Assembly (NCBI GenBank): GCA_040268355.1
Contig: JAWRIT010000020.1
Location: 470-64,469 of the forward strand
Reading direction: 5' to 3'
Source: Atopobiaceae bacterium
GTDB taxonomy: Bacteria > Actinomycetota > Coriobacteriia > Coriobacteriales > Atopobiaceae
Length of the DNA stretch: 64,000 nucleotides
Part shown: positions 44,910 through 53,997 of the stretch, piece after piece
Layout: each line of letters starts with the position of its first letter
Numbering within the stretch: position 1 is the first letter of the stretch
Made by a program: the position numbers and the translations under genes
Notes under the pieces: model-generated
What the model was told of the DNA's origin: nothing
Seen by the model: only the letters and a program-made list of their open reading frames with translations
Database searches by the model: none

Positions 44910-45809
44910 GTGGATGCGTCCGGCTACTCGTCGGGTTCCGCGCAGCCCTGGGACGGCGTCAAGTCTCAGGTCACGCGCGTCGTCTTCGATTCCGCCTTCG
45001 CTGACGCAGACATGACGAACCTGGCCTACTTCTGCATGTCCTTTTCCAACTGCACGGAGGTCGTGGGCCTCCAGTACCGCGCTGGCGTGACCGACGTGAA
45101 GCAGATGTTCTCGAGCTACAACAGCCTGGAGGCCATCTACGCCATGACGTTCGACAACTCGACCATCACGAGCTACAGCACGGTCCTCTACGGGTGCAAC
45201 CGGCTTGTGGGCAGCACGGACGGCTTCGTGCCCACGAGCACGAGCGGCAAGACCGTGCTCAAGGTTAGTTCCGGCGGCGCGCCGACGGACCTGGGCAGCG
45301 ACGCCCGCACGTGGTTCCACGCCTTCTACTACGCCGACGACGCCGGCGTGCTCTCGGCGAGTTCTGCGGCGGACTCCACAAAGGAGCTCATCGCCACGAA
45401 CCGGATCTGCGCCATCGGCAAGTACCAGGGGCTGGGCTTCACGCCGTAGGACGGCAACACAGGCGCGACGCACCGCGAGCACCTTGCCAGCGCGAGCTTC
45501 GCGGCCGACATGGCCACGTTCGCGTACCTGAACCTGAACCACCTGTTCTACAGCTGCACGAACCTTGCTGCTGTTTCTGGCCTGGACAACTTGGCGAACG
45601 TCTAATACATGCGCTTCGCGTTCGCCTCGTCGGCGGTGACGGAACTGGACTTCCGAGGCTTCAACCCATCTAAGCTGAAGGACGTGGCCTACCTCTTCTC
45701 GAGCAGCCTGGTTGGCGGCAACGGGACTGCCTACGCGAGCTCCAAGGCCAGCTACAACCACTTCCGCATCGACACGGCGAGCACGCCCGGATACCTGACA
45801 GCAGCCTAG
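44910..45809 (+). pseudogene. BspA/DUF285-type leucine-rich-repeat protein with two in-frame stop codons
   Basis: Repeats of the xMFxxCxxL type (MSFSNCTEVVGL, KQMFSSYNSLEAI, VLYGCNRLVG, HLFYSCTNLAAVSGL, YMRFAFASSAVTELD). A single frame is interrupted by TAG 45447-45449 and TAA 45603-45605. Confidence 0.55.
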
Positions 45810-45873
45810 CGCTTGGGGATAAACTTGACGTCATCCTCTGCAATCGGTAAGGCCTTATCCTTCACGATAGGGC

Positions 45874-46035
45874 CTATCTTGTCCCTTGCAAAACGACAGC
45901 GCCTCCGCCTAAAACCAGGGCGCCTAGTCCAACTTTCTTCGCACGTTCGGCGGCGACGCCTTTGTGGTACTCGCAAACCGGCAGCTTAGATCCTTCTGGA
46001 AGCTCCTTTTTACAGATGATGCATTTGGCAGCCAT
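45874..46035 (-). CDS. 53-aa zinc-finger-like protein with Gly-rich hydrophobic tail
   Basis: Not in the ORF track. Translated by hand: MAAKCIICKKELPEGSKLPVCEYHKGVAAERAKKVGLGALVLGGGAVVLQGTR. The ATG overlaps the upstream TAA (TAATG), with AGGGA 5 nt upstream. Confidence 0.5.
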   Translation of the reverse strand: MAAKCIICKKELPEGSKLPVCEYHKGVAAERAKKVGLGALVLGGGAVVLQGTR

Positions 46036-47168
46036 TATTGTCCCTGGCTTTCTTCGTCGTCTTCCTCCGGTCCTTCTTCGTCAATCACGATGGAACCATC
46101 ACCCAACAACCCTGCCGGCTCTTCTGAGCTTTCAATTTGCAAGCTTACTACCGAACTCGATATCTCCACGAAACCCCTGACGATGTCTTCGCGGTTGCCC
46201 TTGCTGTAAGAATTGAGCAGGCGTAGCGTCTCTGGGTTTTCTAGCTTGTTTTCCAAGATGAACTGTTTGAACTGCCCAAGCGCGGCGTTGGCAGCTTCCG
46301 GCTCCTCGAGGACGCGATAAGCCGCGTATTCCGTCTTGGCCATGAGCGCAACTACCGTAAGGTCGACCATTGCGGTGTTGGCCGCCTTGCCCCAATCTTT
46401 CGCTTTGCCTTGTTTTCCCATGGCCAGCAATAGTTCAGCTTTGAAGTTCCCTTGCAGTGTGCATCTTGCCTGAGTTGCTGACGAGGCGATATCGAGGATC
46501 TTTATTTCGCGAAGGCGTGAATCCTCGATGAGCATGGCTTGTTGTAGTTGCTGCCAGGCGCTTTCCGCCAGGGCTATCCTGTCCGCCTGGTTCTCGATCC
46601 GAAGCGCCTCGACGTTGGCGGCTACGGCTTCGATCGCATCCATGATGTTCGCCATCATCACCTGCATCTGGATATCAACGACCGACTGCGTCATGTCCTG
46701 CGGCATCTGCTCCGCCTTGAGCCTTGCCTGCTCGACAACATGGCCTGTCTTCTTGCTCCTCAATGTCGGCAGCAGGGCGCCTGTCTTCTTCTCGACGCTC
46801 AGCACGAGCTCGCCGTTTTTCATCATCTCCTCGGCTGCTGCGGTGAAGTCCGCCACATACTTGATGTCTCCACGGCCCACGAGCTTCTTGATGATGTCGT
46901 AGATTGCCGGAGCGAATCGAGCCATGTTGTCGGCATCGGCCAGGAACTTTACGAGCGATTCGTTGTTCTTGGCAGGAATAAGGCTCATGCCATTGTCGAA
47001 GACAGAGGCTTCGAGCACCGTCACTCTGGGCGTGACCGTAGCGGGAGGCAGCGAACTTATCGGGACGATATCTGTTCCTTCGCTCTTTGCGGTGAATCCG
47101 CAGTGAGGGCAAGTGGTCGCGCTAGAAGATATCTTCGCATGGCATTCGGGGCAGAAGATCAATGACAC
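46035..47168 (-). CDS. zinc-ribbon protein with long helical C-terminal domain, function unknown
   Basis: N-terminus MSLIFCPECHAKISSSATTCPHCG (zinc ribbon), then ~330 aa of predicted helices and an acidic tail (EEGPEEDDEESQGQ). No enzymatic motif recognised. Confidence 0.7.
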   Translation of the reverse strand: MSLIFCPECHAKISSSATTCPHCGFTAKSEGTDIVPISSLPPATVTPRVTVLEASVFDNGMSLIPAKNNESLVKFLADADNMARFAPAIYDIIKKLVGRGDIKYVADFTAAAEEMMKNGELVLSVEKKTGALLPTLRSKKTGHVVEQARLKAEQMPQDMTQSVVDIQMQVMMANIMDAIEAVAANVEALRIENQADRIALAESAWQQLQQAMLIEDSRLREIKILDIASSATQARCTLQGNFKAELLLAMGKQGKAKDWGKAANTAMVDLTVVALMAKTEYAAYRVLEEPEAANAALGQFKQFILENKLENPETLRLLNSYSKGNREDIVRGFVEISSSVVSLQIESSEEPAGLLGDGSIVIDEEGPEEDDEESQGQ

Positions 47169-47334
47169 GAGTTCACTCCTTCTCGTTATTTCACTTAACT
47201 TTCCATTATCGACGTTTTCTCCTGGACTGTCATTAGCTCGAAGCCTGCTAGTTGCGGTTGTAGCGACCTTGTGACATGAGCCGACGCTCTCAGCAGCTGG
47301 GGTATCGGTCTATTCCTATGTCACGGAGGTCTGG

Positions 47335-47835
47335 ATGGAGTCAATTGTCGTCGCGATCATCACGGGCGTCGTGACGCTGGCAGGCACCATCCTCTCCAGC
47401 CCGAAGATCCGTGTCGTCATGGAGGTCAAGCTGGACGCCCCACGGCGAAGGTCGAGAAGCTCGGAGCAGGTCCTGAAGCGCACCCACAAGCTCGAGCGGG
47501 ACATGGCCGTTGCGAAGAGCGACATAGCAGACCCCCGAGAGGAAGGTGGCCTGACATGGACGAGTCCCCTGCAAGCAGCGACTGGAAGTGGCACCCGCTG
47601 CGCACGGTGGTGCAGGACGTGCTGGGCGTGGTGGTCACGACCCTGGACCTACTCCATGCACGCTCGCGTGAACGAGATCCTGGGCGGAGGCTCCGGCAGC
47701 GCAATGCTCTTCACCTACAAGCCGCAGGTCTTGGCTGCGTCGTCTGCTCGAGGAGCCGAGCCTGCACCTTCTCCCTGCCGGCACAAGGTTCTGTCCCCTT
47801 CGCGCCGGGGCTCCCCGTCACCCATCATGTCGTGA
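47335..47835 (+). CDS. hypothetical protein with N-terminal TM helix (possibly a decayed phage gene)
   Basis: MESIVVAIITGVVTLAGTILSS looks genuine. The Arg/Ser/Pro-rich remainder looks like out-of-frame read-through. Confidence 0.25.
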   Translation: MESIVVAIITGVVTLAGTILSSPKIRVVMEVKLDAPRRRSRSSEQVLKRTHKLERDMAVAKSDIADPREEGGLTWTSPLQAATGSGTRCARWCRTCWAWWSRPWTYSMHARVNEILGGGSGSAMLFTYKPQVLAASSARGAEPAPSPCRHKVLSPSRRGSPSPIMS

Positions 47836-48093
47836 CGAAGCGCCTCCAGCCGCTCACGGCAGCAGGTCGTGCTGTGCTGGCGGAGCTGTCCGAATGCATG
47901 CGGAACGTCTGTCACAGCGATGAGTGACCTGCCTCTTTGTCCTTGCCGGCTGGAAGCTAAATCCAGAGTATGTCGAACTCCGTCCTGAGCTCCGAGACAT
48001 AGATACGTGGGGATTTGCACCCCGCCTCGTGACCCCTACCGCTTGCACCAACATGCGGAAGGGTCACAGAAGAGTCGTCCTCGCCACAGTGGT

Positions 48094-48618
48094 TTAGAGC
48101 CTCTTCTGCAGGTACACCATGTCCACAAGCCGCACGCCGTCCTCCCAGATGGGGTGGTCGTAGTTGTCGGTGAAGAAGTCCGGTACCACATGGTGCCGCA
48201 CGAAGCCGCACTGCTCGTAGAAGGGCACGGTGAGGGGGCTGTCTCCCGTCCCCACCTGCAGCGCATGGAAGCCCCGATCCGCGCAGGCGCGTGCCGCGAA
48301 GTCAAGCAGGGCGCGGCCGTAGCCCCTCCCCTGGAAGCGCGGGTCCACCGCGAGGCTCTTGACCTCGGCCAGGCCACCGTCCTCATCGGTGACCAGGACC
48401 TCCCCCACCATACCCGAATCCTCAAGCACCCACATGGTTCCGCTGCCCAAGTAGCGCTCAACCATGTCCCGCTGCTCGTCAGCAAGCAGGAGCAGAGGGA
48501 GGTAGGCCCTGCGGTCACCCGTCACCTCGCGGATCCTCACGGCATCCATGGCGATGCAAGCGTCTTTTCGTTCATACTTGTGCTGCTCCTCAACTGGGCA
48601 GATTATGTCCGTCTCCAT
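48094..48618 (-). CDS. GNAT family N-acetyltransferase
   Basis: Acetyl-CoA motif LAVDPRFQGRGYGRALLDFA. The start is uncertain (ATG 48618 or 48549). Confidence 0.85.
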   Translation of the reverse strand: METDIICPVEEQHKYERKDACIAMDAVRIREVTGDRRAYLPLLLLADEQRDMVERYLGSGTMWVLEDSGMVGEVLVTDEDGGLAEVKSLAVDPRFQGRGYGRALLDFAARACADRGFHALQVGTGDSPLTVPFYEQCGFVRHHVVPDFFTDNYDHPIWEDGVRLVDMVYLQKRL

Positions 48619-48923
48619 TCAGTTTACAGAGATTGCAGGGTGCCTTTGAGGTCGAGGCTAGTCCCGAAGGCATCCGATGGGGACAACGAGCACGCTGTCG
48701 CCCCGCCTGTACCCATACTTCGCACCAATGACCACCAGATCCGGCGGCTTAATGAGACATGTAGACAAGCGCCTCTACGAGGGTGAGTCGGTGCTGACAT
48801 CCCGAAAGGGTTCGCTGAACAACGTCACGTATCTTAACGAAGCATTTTGAACTGCGGACACGATGCTTTTCACGGCACCCGCCTGCGCTGGCGCGGCGAA
48901 ATAGACGTGTCTCAAGTTGACGC

Positions 48924-49208
48924 TTAGGCAGGTAGGGCGACATCCAGCTTGTAGCCAAGTGCCCGAACGACCTTTTGCACGGTGTTGAAAGACGGATTGC
49001 CCGTGGGCGAGAGCGCCTTGTAGAGGCCATCGCGGGTGATGCCGGTGTCCTTCGCCAGCTGCGTCATGCCCCTCGCGCGGGCGATGTCGCCGAGGGCGGC
49101 GGACACGAGCGAGGGGTCGCCGTCTTCGAGTGCGGCGTTCAGATATGCGACGATATCCTCGTCGGTCTCAAGGAATTCGGCCGCATCGTATGTGGTTGCC
49201 TGTTTCAT
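48924..49208 (-). CDS. higA: HigA-type addiction-module antidote protein (HTH)
   Basis: Start at ATG 49208 (GAGGTGAAGCG upstream). AAEFLETDEDIVAYLNAALEDGD...IARARGMTQLAKDTGITRDGLYKALS. Confidence 0.8.
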   Translation of the reverse strand: MKQATTYDAAEFLETDEDIVAYLNAALEDGDPSLVSAALGDIARARGMTQLAKDTGITRDGLYKALSPTGNPSFNTVQKVVRALGYKLDVALPA

Positions 49209-49224
49209 CGCTTCACCTCGCATC

Positions 49225-49521
49225 TCACTCGTATTCCCGGTTCAGTTTCTTCGCCTTTTCTATATCGCGCTGCTGCGACGATTTGTCACCACCTACGAGC
49301 AGCAGGACTATCTCGCCTCCGCGGTTCGCGAAGTACAATCGGCATCCCGGACCATAGTCGATACGCAACTCAAATACACCATCGCCCACCGGCTTCGAAT
49401 CGCCTAGGTTGCCCGTCAAAGAAATCCGGCGAATTCGCAAGTTGATGCGCGACTTGGCACTCGAATCTTTCAGGCGCTTCAGCCACTTCGCGAACTCGTC
49501 TGTTCTCCTGACCTCTATCAT
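49225..49521 (-). CDS. higB: RelE/ParE-superfamily addiction-module killer protein (HigB-like)
   Basis: MIEVRRTDEFAKWLKRLKD...GDSKPVGDGVFELRIDYGPGCRLYFANRGGEIVLLLVGGDKSSQQRDIEKAK. Confidence 0.8.
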   Translation of the reverse strand: MIEVRRTDEFAKWLKRLKDSSAKSRINLRIRRISLTGNLGDSKPVGDGVFELRIDYGPGCRLYFANRGGEIVLLLVGGDKSSQQRDIEKAKKLNREYE

Positions 49522-49809
49522 GCACTGATTGTATATCACAGTATACGTTTAGACAATGGGTAACGTTGCCTAAAACCCCTGATTCCCAAGTTCATCGAAA
49601 CGCTTCCAAGGCTCAACAGAACATGTTGCGATGGGCCATAAAGGCGAGGCTTTCACCATGGCCCCGGAATGGGCCGGGGCAACGGTGAAAGGAGGCCGAC
49701 AGCGGTCAGGAGAAAGAGGGGCGAGCGCCCCGGCGTGTCTTTGGCCTCGCCCTGACCGACAACGGAAGTCGCGTACCGGAGTCGCGTACCGTACACCTTT
49801 TTGACTCAA

Positions 49810-50309
49810 CCTTCTATGCAAGAAAGACCATCCTCAAAGGGGGCTGACCCGACCCCATCCTCGACGGCCCGCAGCTCATGGAAGCGGTTAGATACGTCCA
49901 CCAGAACCCTAGTGAGGCAATGATCTGCAGCTACAACCGATACCGTTGGAGCAGCTACGCGGCGTATGTCGAGGGGGGTGAGGCTGCCTTCCCTCCCCTG
50001 CCAATCCACAGCGTTACCGAATTCGTCTTAGATGTCTTCGGCGGGATGGACGGACTAGTCAGGTTTCACTCTGAGGAGGGCGACTTCGACCTCACAAGAC
50101 AGGCAGCCAGAGTCCCCGTAGCGCTCTCCGAAGCAGCCTCGAGAGCACTTGCGAAGGAGCTCCTGGGAGCGGAGCGCCTCGCCGCACTCCCCTCCCTAAG
50201 AAAGGCAGAACGAGATGTGAACCTAGCCACGCTCAAGAAGGCGGGCCTGTCCGTACGACAGATCGAGCGGATTACTGGAATCGGGAGAAACATCATCCAG
50301 CGAGCGTGA
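49810..50309 (+). pseudogene. IS200/RayT-like (Y1) transposase remnant lacking the catalytic N-terminus
   Basis: VRYVHQNPSEAMICSYNRYRWSSYAAY and the C-terminal HTH GLSVRQIERITGIGRNIIQRA are present. The HUH/Tyr part is absent, and there is an in-frame TGA at 49845-49847. Confidence 0.55.
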
Positions 50310-50410
50310 GTCAAAATGGTGTACGGGATTTGACTCGTGACTCGCTTGACTCCGATTATTTGCCTTTGTTACTTGCTGCGCAAAACTTCCGCCGGGAAGT
50401 CTCCTCCCCC

Positions 50411-51643
50411 TCAGAAAGTCCTTCCTTCTTGTATGAACTCGGGGATGTTCGCATGAATGATGCCGTCCCTTTGCTGAATGGGATCGCTTCGCGTTAACAG
50501 GTACTTCGGATAGTTGTCCCTGACCTGGGCGAAGGGGCGGTACTCTCGTTCCTCGGTGGCCTGATCAGCCATGATGGTCATGGCAACTTGGATGTAGACA
50601 TAGCCCATCTGGGGACTCCTCAAGATGAAGTCGCATTCTAACTTTCCGATCCGTCCAACGCTGATCTTGCAGCCCTGCGCACGGGCGTAGGAATAGACGA
50701 TGTTCTCCAGCACTGGTCCGTAGTTGATGCGATTGTCGGTGTTGAGTGCGAAGTAGAAGCCCAGGTCTGCCAGGTAGTACTTTTGCTCGCCTTGCAGGGA
50801 CTTGCGAGACTTCAGATCGAATCGGGTGCACTTGCTGATGATCTTCGCATCCTCGAGGATCTGGAGATAGCGCGCGAGGGTCTCCCTCTTAATCTTCAGA
50901 CCTTGCCTTCCTTCGAGGTCAGATTGGATGTTGCTAAGCGACACGGTGGCGCCGAAGTTGTTGATGACGTAGTCGCGCACCTGGTTGAACACCGAGACGT
51001 TCTTCACCTTCACACGCTTGCGAATGTCCTTCTGGAAGATCTCCTCGACGACTGCGGTGACATAGGCGCGCTTGTCCGCAAGCTGGGGATAATCCAGCGC
51101 CTTGGGAAAGCCTCCCTCGAGAATATACGAGTCGAACTCCGCGACGGGGTTTGGATTGACGGAGACTCCGAGGAAGCGTTTCATCTGGCAGTACTCACCG
51201 AAGTCCAGTGTCTGCATTTCGAACTCGATGTAGCGGCCGGTAAGCTTCGTGGCCAACTCGCCTGAGAGCAGGTAGGAGTTTGATCCGGTAATGAAGATGG
51301 AGAAGCCGCCCTCAGTGCGGAACTCGTTGAGCACCTCCTCGAAGCCTTCGACGTTTTGGATCTCATCGATGAAGAGGTACTTCATCCCTGCAATGTCGAG
51401 CATCGGCTCGATGAGGGCCTCGAGTTGCTCCGGGGCTTCTACGGAGCGATATCCGTATCTGTCGAGATCGAAATACGCAATGTGGTCGTCGGCGATGCCT
51501 TCATCCCTCAGCTCCTCTACGATGTACTTCATGAGGCAGGACTTGCCGCAGCGTCGAACGCCAGTGATGACTTTGATCATCCCGTCATCATGATAGAACC
51601 CACGAATCTTCTTCAGGTAGTTTTCTCGGGGGAACAGACGCAT
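50411..51643 (-). CDS. AAA-type ATPase with DUF4143-like C-terminal domain
   Basis: Start at ATG 51643. Walker A ITGVRRCGKS, Walker B YLFIDEIQ, then the ...KYYLADLGF... segment typical of this family. Confidence 0.8.
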   Translation of the reverse strand: MRLFPRENYLKKIRGFYHDDGMIKVITGVRRCGKSCLMKYIVEELRDEGIADDHIAYFDLDRYGYRSVEAPEQLEALIEPMLDIAGMKYLFIDEIQNVEGFEEVLNEFRTEGGFSIFITGSNSYLLSGELATKLTGRYIEFEMQTLDFGEYCQMKRFLGVSVNPNPVAEFDSYILEGGFPKALDYPQLADKRAYVTAVVEEIFQKDIRKRVKVKNVSVFNQVRDYVINNFGATVSLSNIQSDLEGRQGLKIKRETLARYLQILEDAKIISKCTRFDLKSRKSLQGEQKYYLADLGFYFALNTDNRINYGPVLENIVYSYARAQGCKISVGRIGKLECDFILRSPQMGYVYIQVAMTIMADQATEEREYRPFAQVRDNYPKYLLTRSDPIQQRDGIIHANIPEFIQEGRTF

Positions 51644-51744
51644 TATGGCTCCAATCTTCACTGGAGCCATACTACCAAATCACGCGATTATGGGGGTATT
51701 TTTCATCAAGTAAGCGATTTATACCCCAATAACTAAGGAATTTG

Positions 51745-52728
51745 CTACTCCCACTCGACCGTGGCGATCGGCTTCGGGCTCAGCTCGTAGCACACGCGGC
51801 AGATGCCGGGAACCTCGGCCAGGATGCGGTCGCACATGCGATGCAGCAGCGCCCAGTCGAGCTCGGGGACCTCTGCCGTCATGACGTCCACCGTGTTGAT
51901 GCAGCGGATGATACAGGGCCACTCGTAGGCACGCTTGTCGTCGCGCACGCCAGTGGCGCGGTAGTCGGGCACCACGCAGAAGTACTGCCAGATGTCGAGA
52001 CCCGCCGCGTCGATCTCCTCGCGCACGATGGCGTCGGCCTCACGCAGCGCCTCCAGGCGGTCGCGCGTGATGGCGCCGGTGCAGCGCACGCCCAGCCCCG
52101 GTCCGGGGAACGGCTGGCGGTACACCATGTCGTCAGGCAGCCCCAGCTGCTTGCCCACCACGCGCACCTCGTCCTTGAAGAGCAGCTTCACCGGCTCGAC
52201 GAGCTCCCAGTTGAGCTCGGCGGGAAGCCCTCCCACGTTGTGGTGGGCCTTCACGCCGGAGGCGGACTCAAGGATGTCGGGGTAGATGGTGCCCTGCCCC
52301 AGAAAGCCGATGCCGTCGAGCTTGGCGGCCTCCTCGTCAAAGACCTTGATGAACTCCTCGCCGATGACGTGGCGCTTGGCCTCGGGGTCGGCGACGCCCG
52401 CCAGCTTGTCGAGGAAGCGGTCGGTCGCGTCCACATAGACGAGGTCGGCCCCCATCTGGTTGCGGAACACCTCGACGACCTGCTCGGACTCTCCCTTGCG
52501 CATGAGGCCATGGTTGACGTGCACGCACACGAGCTGCTTGCCGATCGCCTTGATGAGCAGCGCGGCCACCACGGAGGAGTCAACGCCACCCGAGAGGGCC
52601 AAGAGCACTCGACCGTCCCCCACCTGGGCCCTCATGGCGCCAACGGCCTCATCTATGAAGGCGTCCGCCAGTTCGGGCGTGGTGATGCGGGCCATGTCGT
52701 CAGGACGGTGATTGCTCGTGAAGTCCAT
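51745..52728 (-). CDS. guaA: GMP synthase ATP-pyrophosphatase/dimerisation part only (no glutamine amidotransferase domain)
   Basis: PP-loop LALSGGVDSSV, then GQGTIYPDILES, HHNVGGLP and a C-terminus ...PKPIATVEWE. The ORF begins exactly where the ATP-PPase domain starts. Confidence 0.85.
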   Translation of the reverse strand: MDFTSNHRPDDMARITTPELADAFIDEAVGAMRAQVGDGRVLLALSGGVDSSVVAALLIKAIGKQLVCVHVNHGLMRKGESEQVVEVFRNQMGADLVYVDATDRFLDKLAGVADPEAKRHVIGEEFIKVFDEEAAKLDGIGFLGQGTIYPDILESASGVKAHHNVGGLPAELNWELVEPVKLLFKDEVRVVGKQLGLPDDMVYRQPFPGPGLGVRCTGAITRDRLEALREADAIVREEIDAAGLDIWQYFCVVPDYRATGVRDDKRAYEWPCIIRCINTVDVMTAEVPELDWALLHRMCDRILAEVPGICRVCYELSPKPIATVEWE

Positions 52729-52913
52729 GGGTTCTCCTTCGCACGATGGGGCCTCGACAGCAGACGAGTATAGCGAAGCGCGCTCTCCGCACGCCGAGCG
52801 TCGCGAGAACTCACGGAAGACACGCCCTTGCGCCTAACCAAACGCTCCCGGCCCGTGCACGTCTCGGCCCGAAGGCGTCCCGCGCGTCCAAGCCCGCCCA
52901 AAGAGCGACTCCC

Positions 52914-53852
52914 TCAGAGCAGGCCACGGGTCTCGTCGAGCCCGAGCGCGATGTTCATGTTCTGCACGGCCGCACCCGAGGCGCCCTTGCCCAGGTTGTC
53001 AAAAAGCGCGGTCACGGTCGTGCGGCCGCCTCCCCCGCAGACTGAGATGCGCAGCCGATCGGTGCCGGCGAGCTCGTTGGCGTACAGGGTGGGCGCGTCT
53101 GAACCAAGGGTGGAGACCTCCACGAGCCGCTGGTCCGCATAGTGGGCGCTCAGGCAGGCGTGGACCTCGCGCATGGTCGCCGTGCCCGCGAGCAGGTCGT
53201 CATGCAGCATGATGGTGGTGGCCATGCCCTTGTAGTAGTCGTCGACCACCGGCACGAAGACGGGAGGGCGCGTCAGGCCGCAGGCTTGCTGCATCTCGGG
53301 CAGGTGCTTGTGGGATTGTCCCAGCCCGTAGAGGCCAGGCGCATCGAGCTCCCCCGCGCGTGCGGGCGCCTCGTAGTCGGCGATCATGCGCTTGCCGCCG
53401 CCCGAGTAGCCCGTGAGCGAGAAGCAGGTGAGCGGGTAGTCTGCAGGGAGCAGGCCCGCCTGCACGAGTGGCGCCACGAGCGTGACGAACCCGGTGGCAT
53501 GGCAGCCCGGATTGGCGATGCGGGCGCTTGCGGCGATGGCCGCGCGTTGGGTGGCGCCCAGCTCGGGCAGCCCGTAGGTCCACCCTTCGGCCGTGCGGTG
53601 CGCCGTCGAGGCGTCGATGATGCGCACCGCGGGGTTCTCGACCAGCGCGACCGCCTCGCGGGCGCCCTCGTCGGGCAGGCACAGGAACACGAGGTCGGCG
53701 GCGTTCAGAAGGCGGCGGCGCTCCTCGGTGTCGTGGCGTTTGTCCTCGTCGATGCGCAGCAGCTCCAGGTCGTCGCGGGAGCCAATGCGCCCGAAGATCT
53801 GCAGGCCCGTCGTTCCGCTCTGTCCGTCGATGTACACCCGTGCCTTGACCAT
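52914..53852 (-). CDS. argC: N-acetyl-gamma-glutamyl-phosphate reductase
   Basis: Start at ATG 53852 (GGGGGAG upstream). IDGQSGTTGLQI and the active-site region IANPGCHATG. Confidence 0.9.
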   Translation of the reverse strand: MVKARVYIDGQSGTTGLQIFGRIGSRDDLELLRIDEDKRHDTEERRRLLNAADLVFLCLPDEGAREAVALVENPAVRIIDASTAHRTAEGWTYGLPELGATQRAAIAASARIANPGCHATGFVTLVAPLVQAGLLPADYPLTCFSLTGYSGGGKRMIADYEAPARAGELDAPGLYGLGQSHKHLPEMQQACGLTRPPVFVPVVDDYYKGMATTIMLHDDLLAGTATMREVHACLSAHYADQRLVEVSTLGSDAPTLYANELAGTDRLRISVCGGGGRTTVTALFDNLGKGASGAAVQNMNIALGLDETRGLL

Positions 53853-53922
53853 GCTCGTCTCCCCCGTCCCCCGTGCGCTTAGGCGTCTATGAGTCACCTT
53901 GCGAACAATTCGCCGTTCACGC

Positions 53923-53950
53923 TTGACTCAGCTCACGCATGTGGTATGTT
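53923..53950 (+). promoter_or_regulatory. candidate sigma-70 type promoter for argJBD (TTGACT - 16 nt - TATGTT)
   Basis: Read directly in the argC/argJ divergent intergenic region. Confidence 0.45.
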
Positions 53951-53973
53951 CACCCTCGAAAAACGCACGCTTT

Positions 53974-53997
53974 TGCATATCAAATTATCGATATGCA
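53974..53997. promoter_or_regulatory. candidate ArgR operator: TGCATATC-AAATTATC-GATATGCA
   Basis: 8-bp perfect inverted arms just downstream of the putative -10. TGCATA-type half sites are what I recall for actinobacterial ARG boxes. Confidence 0.45.
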
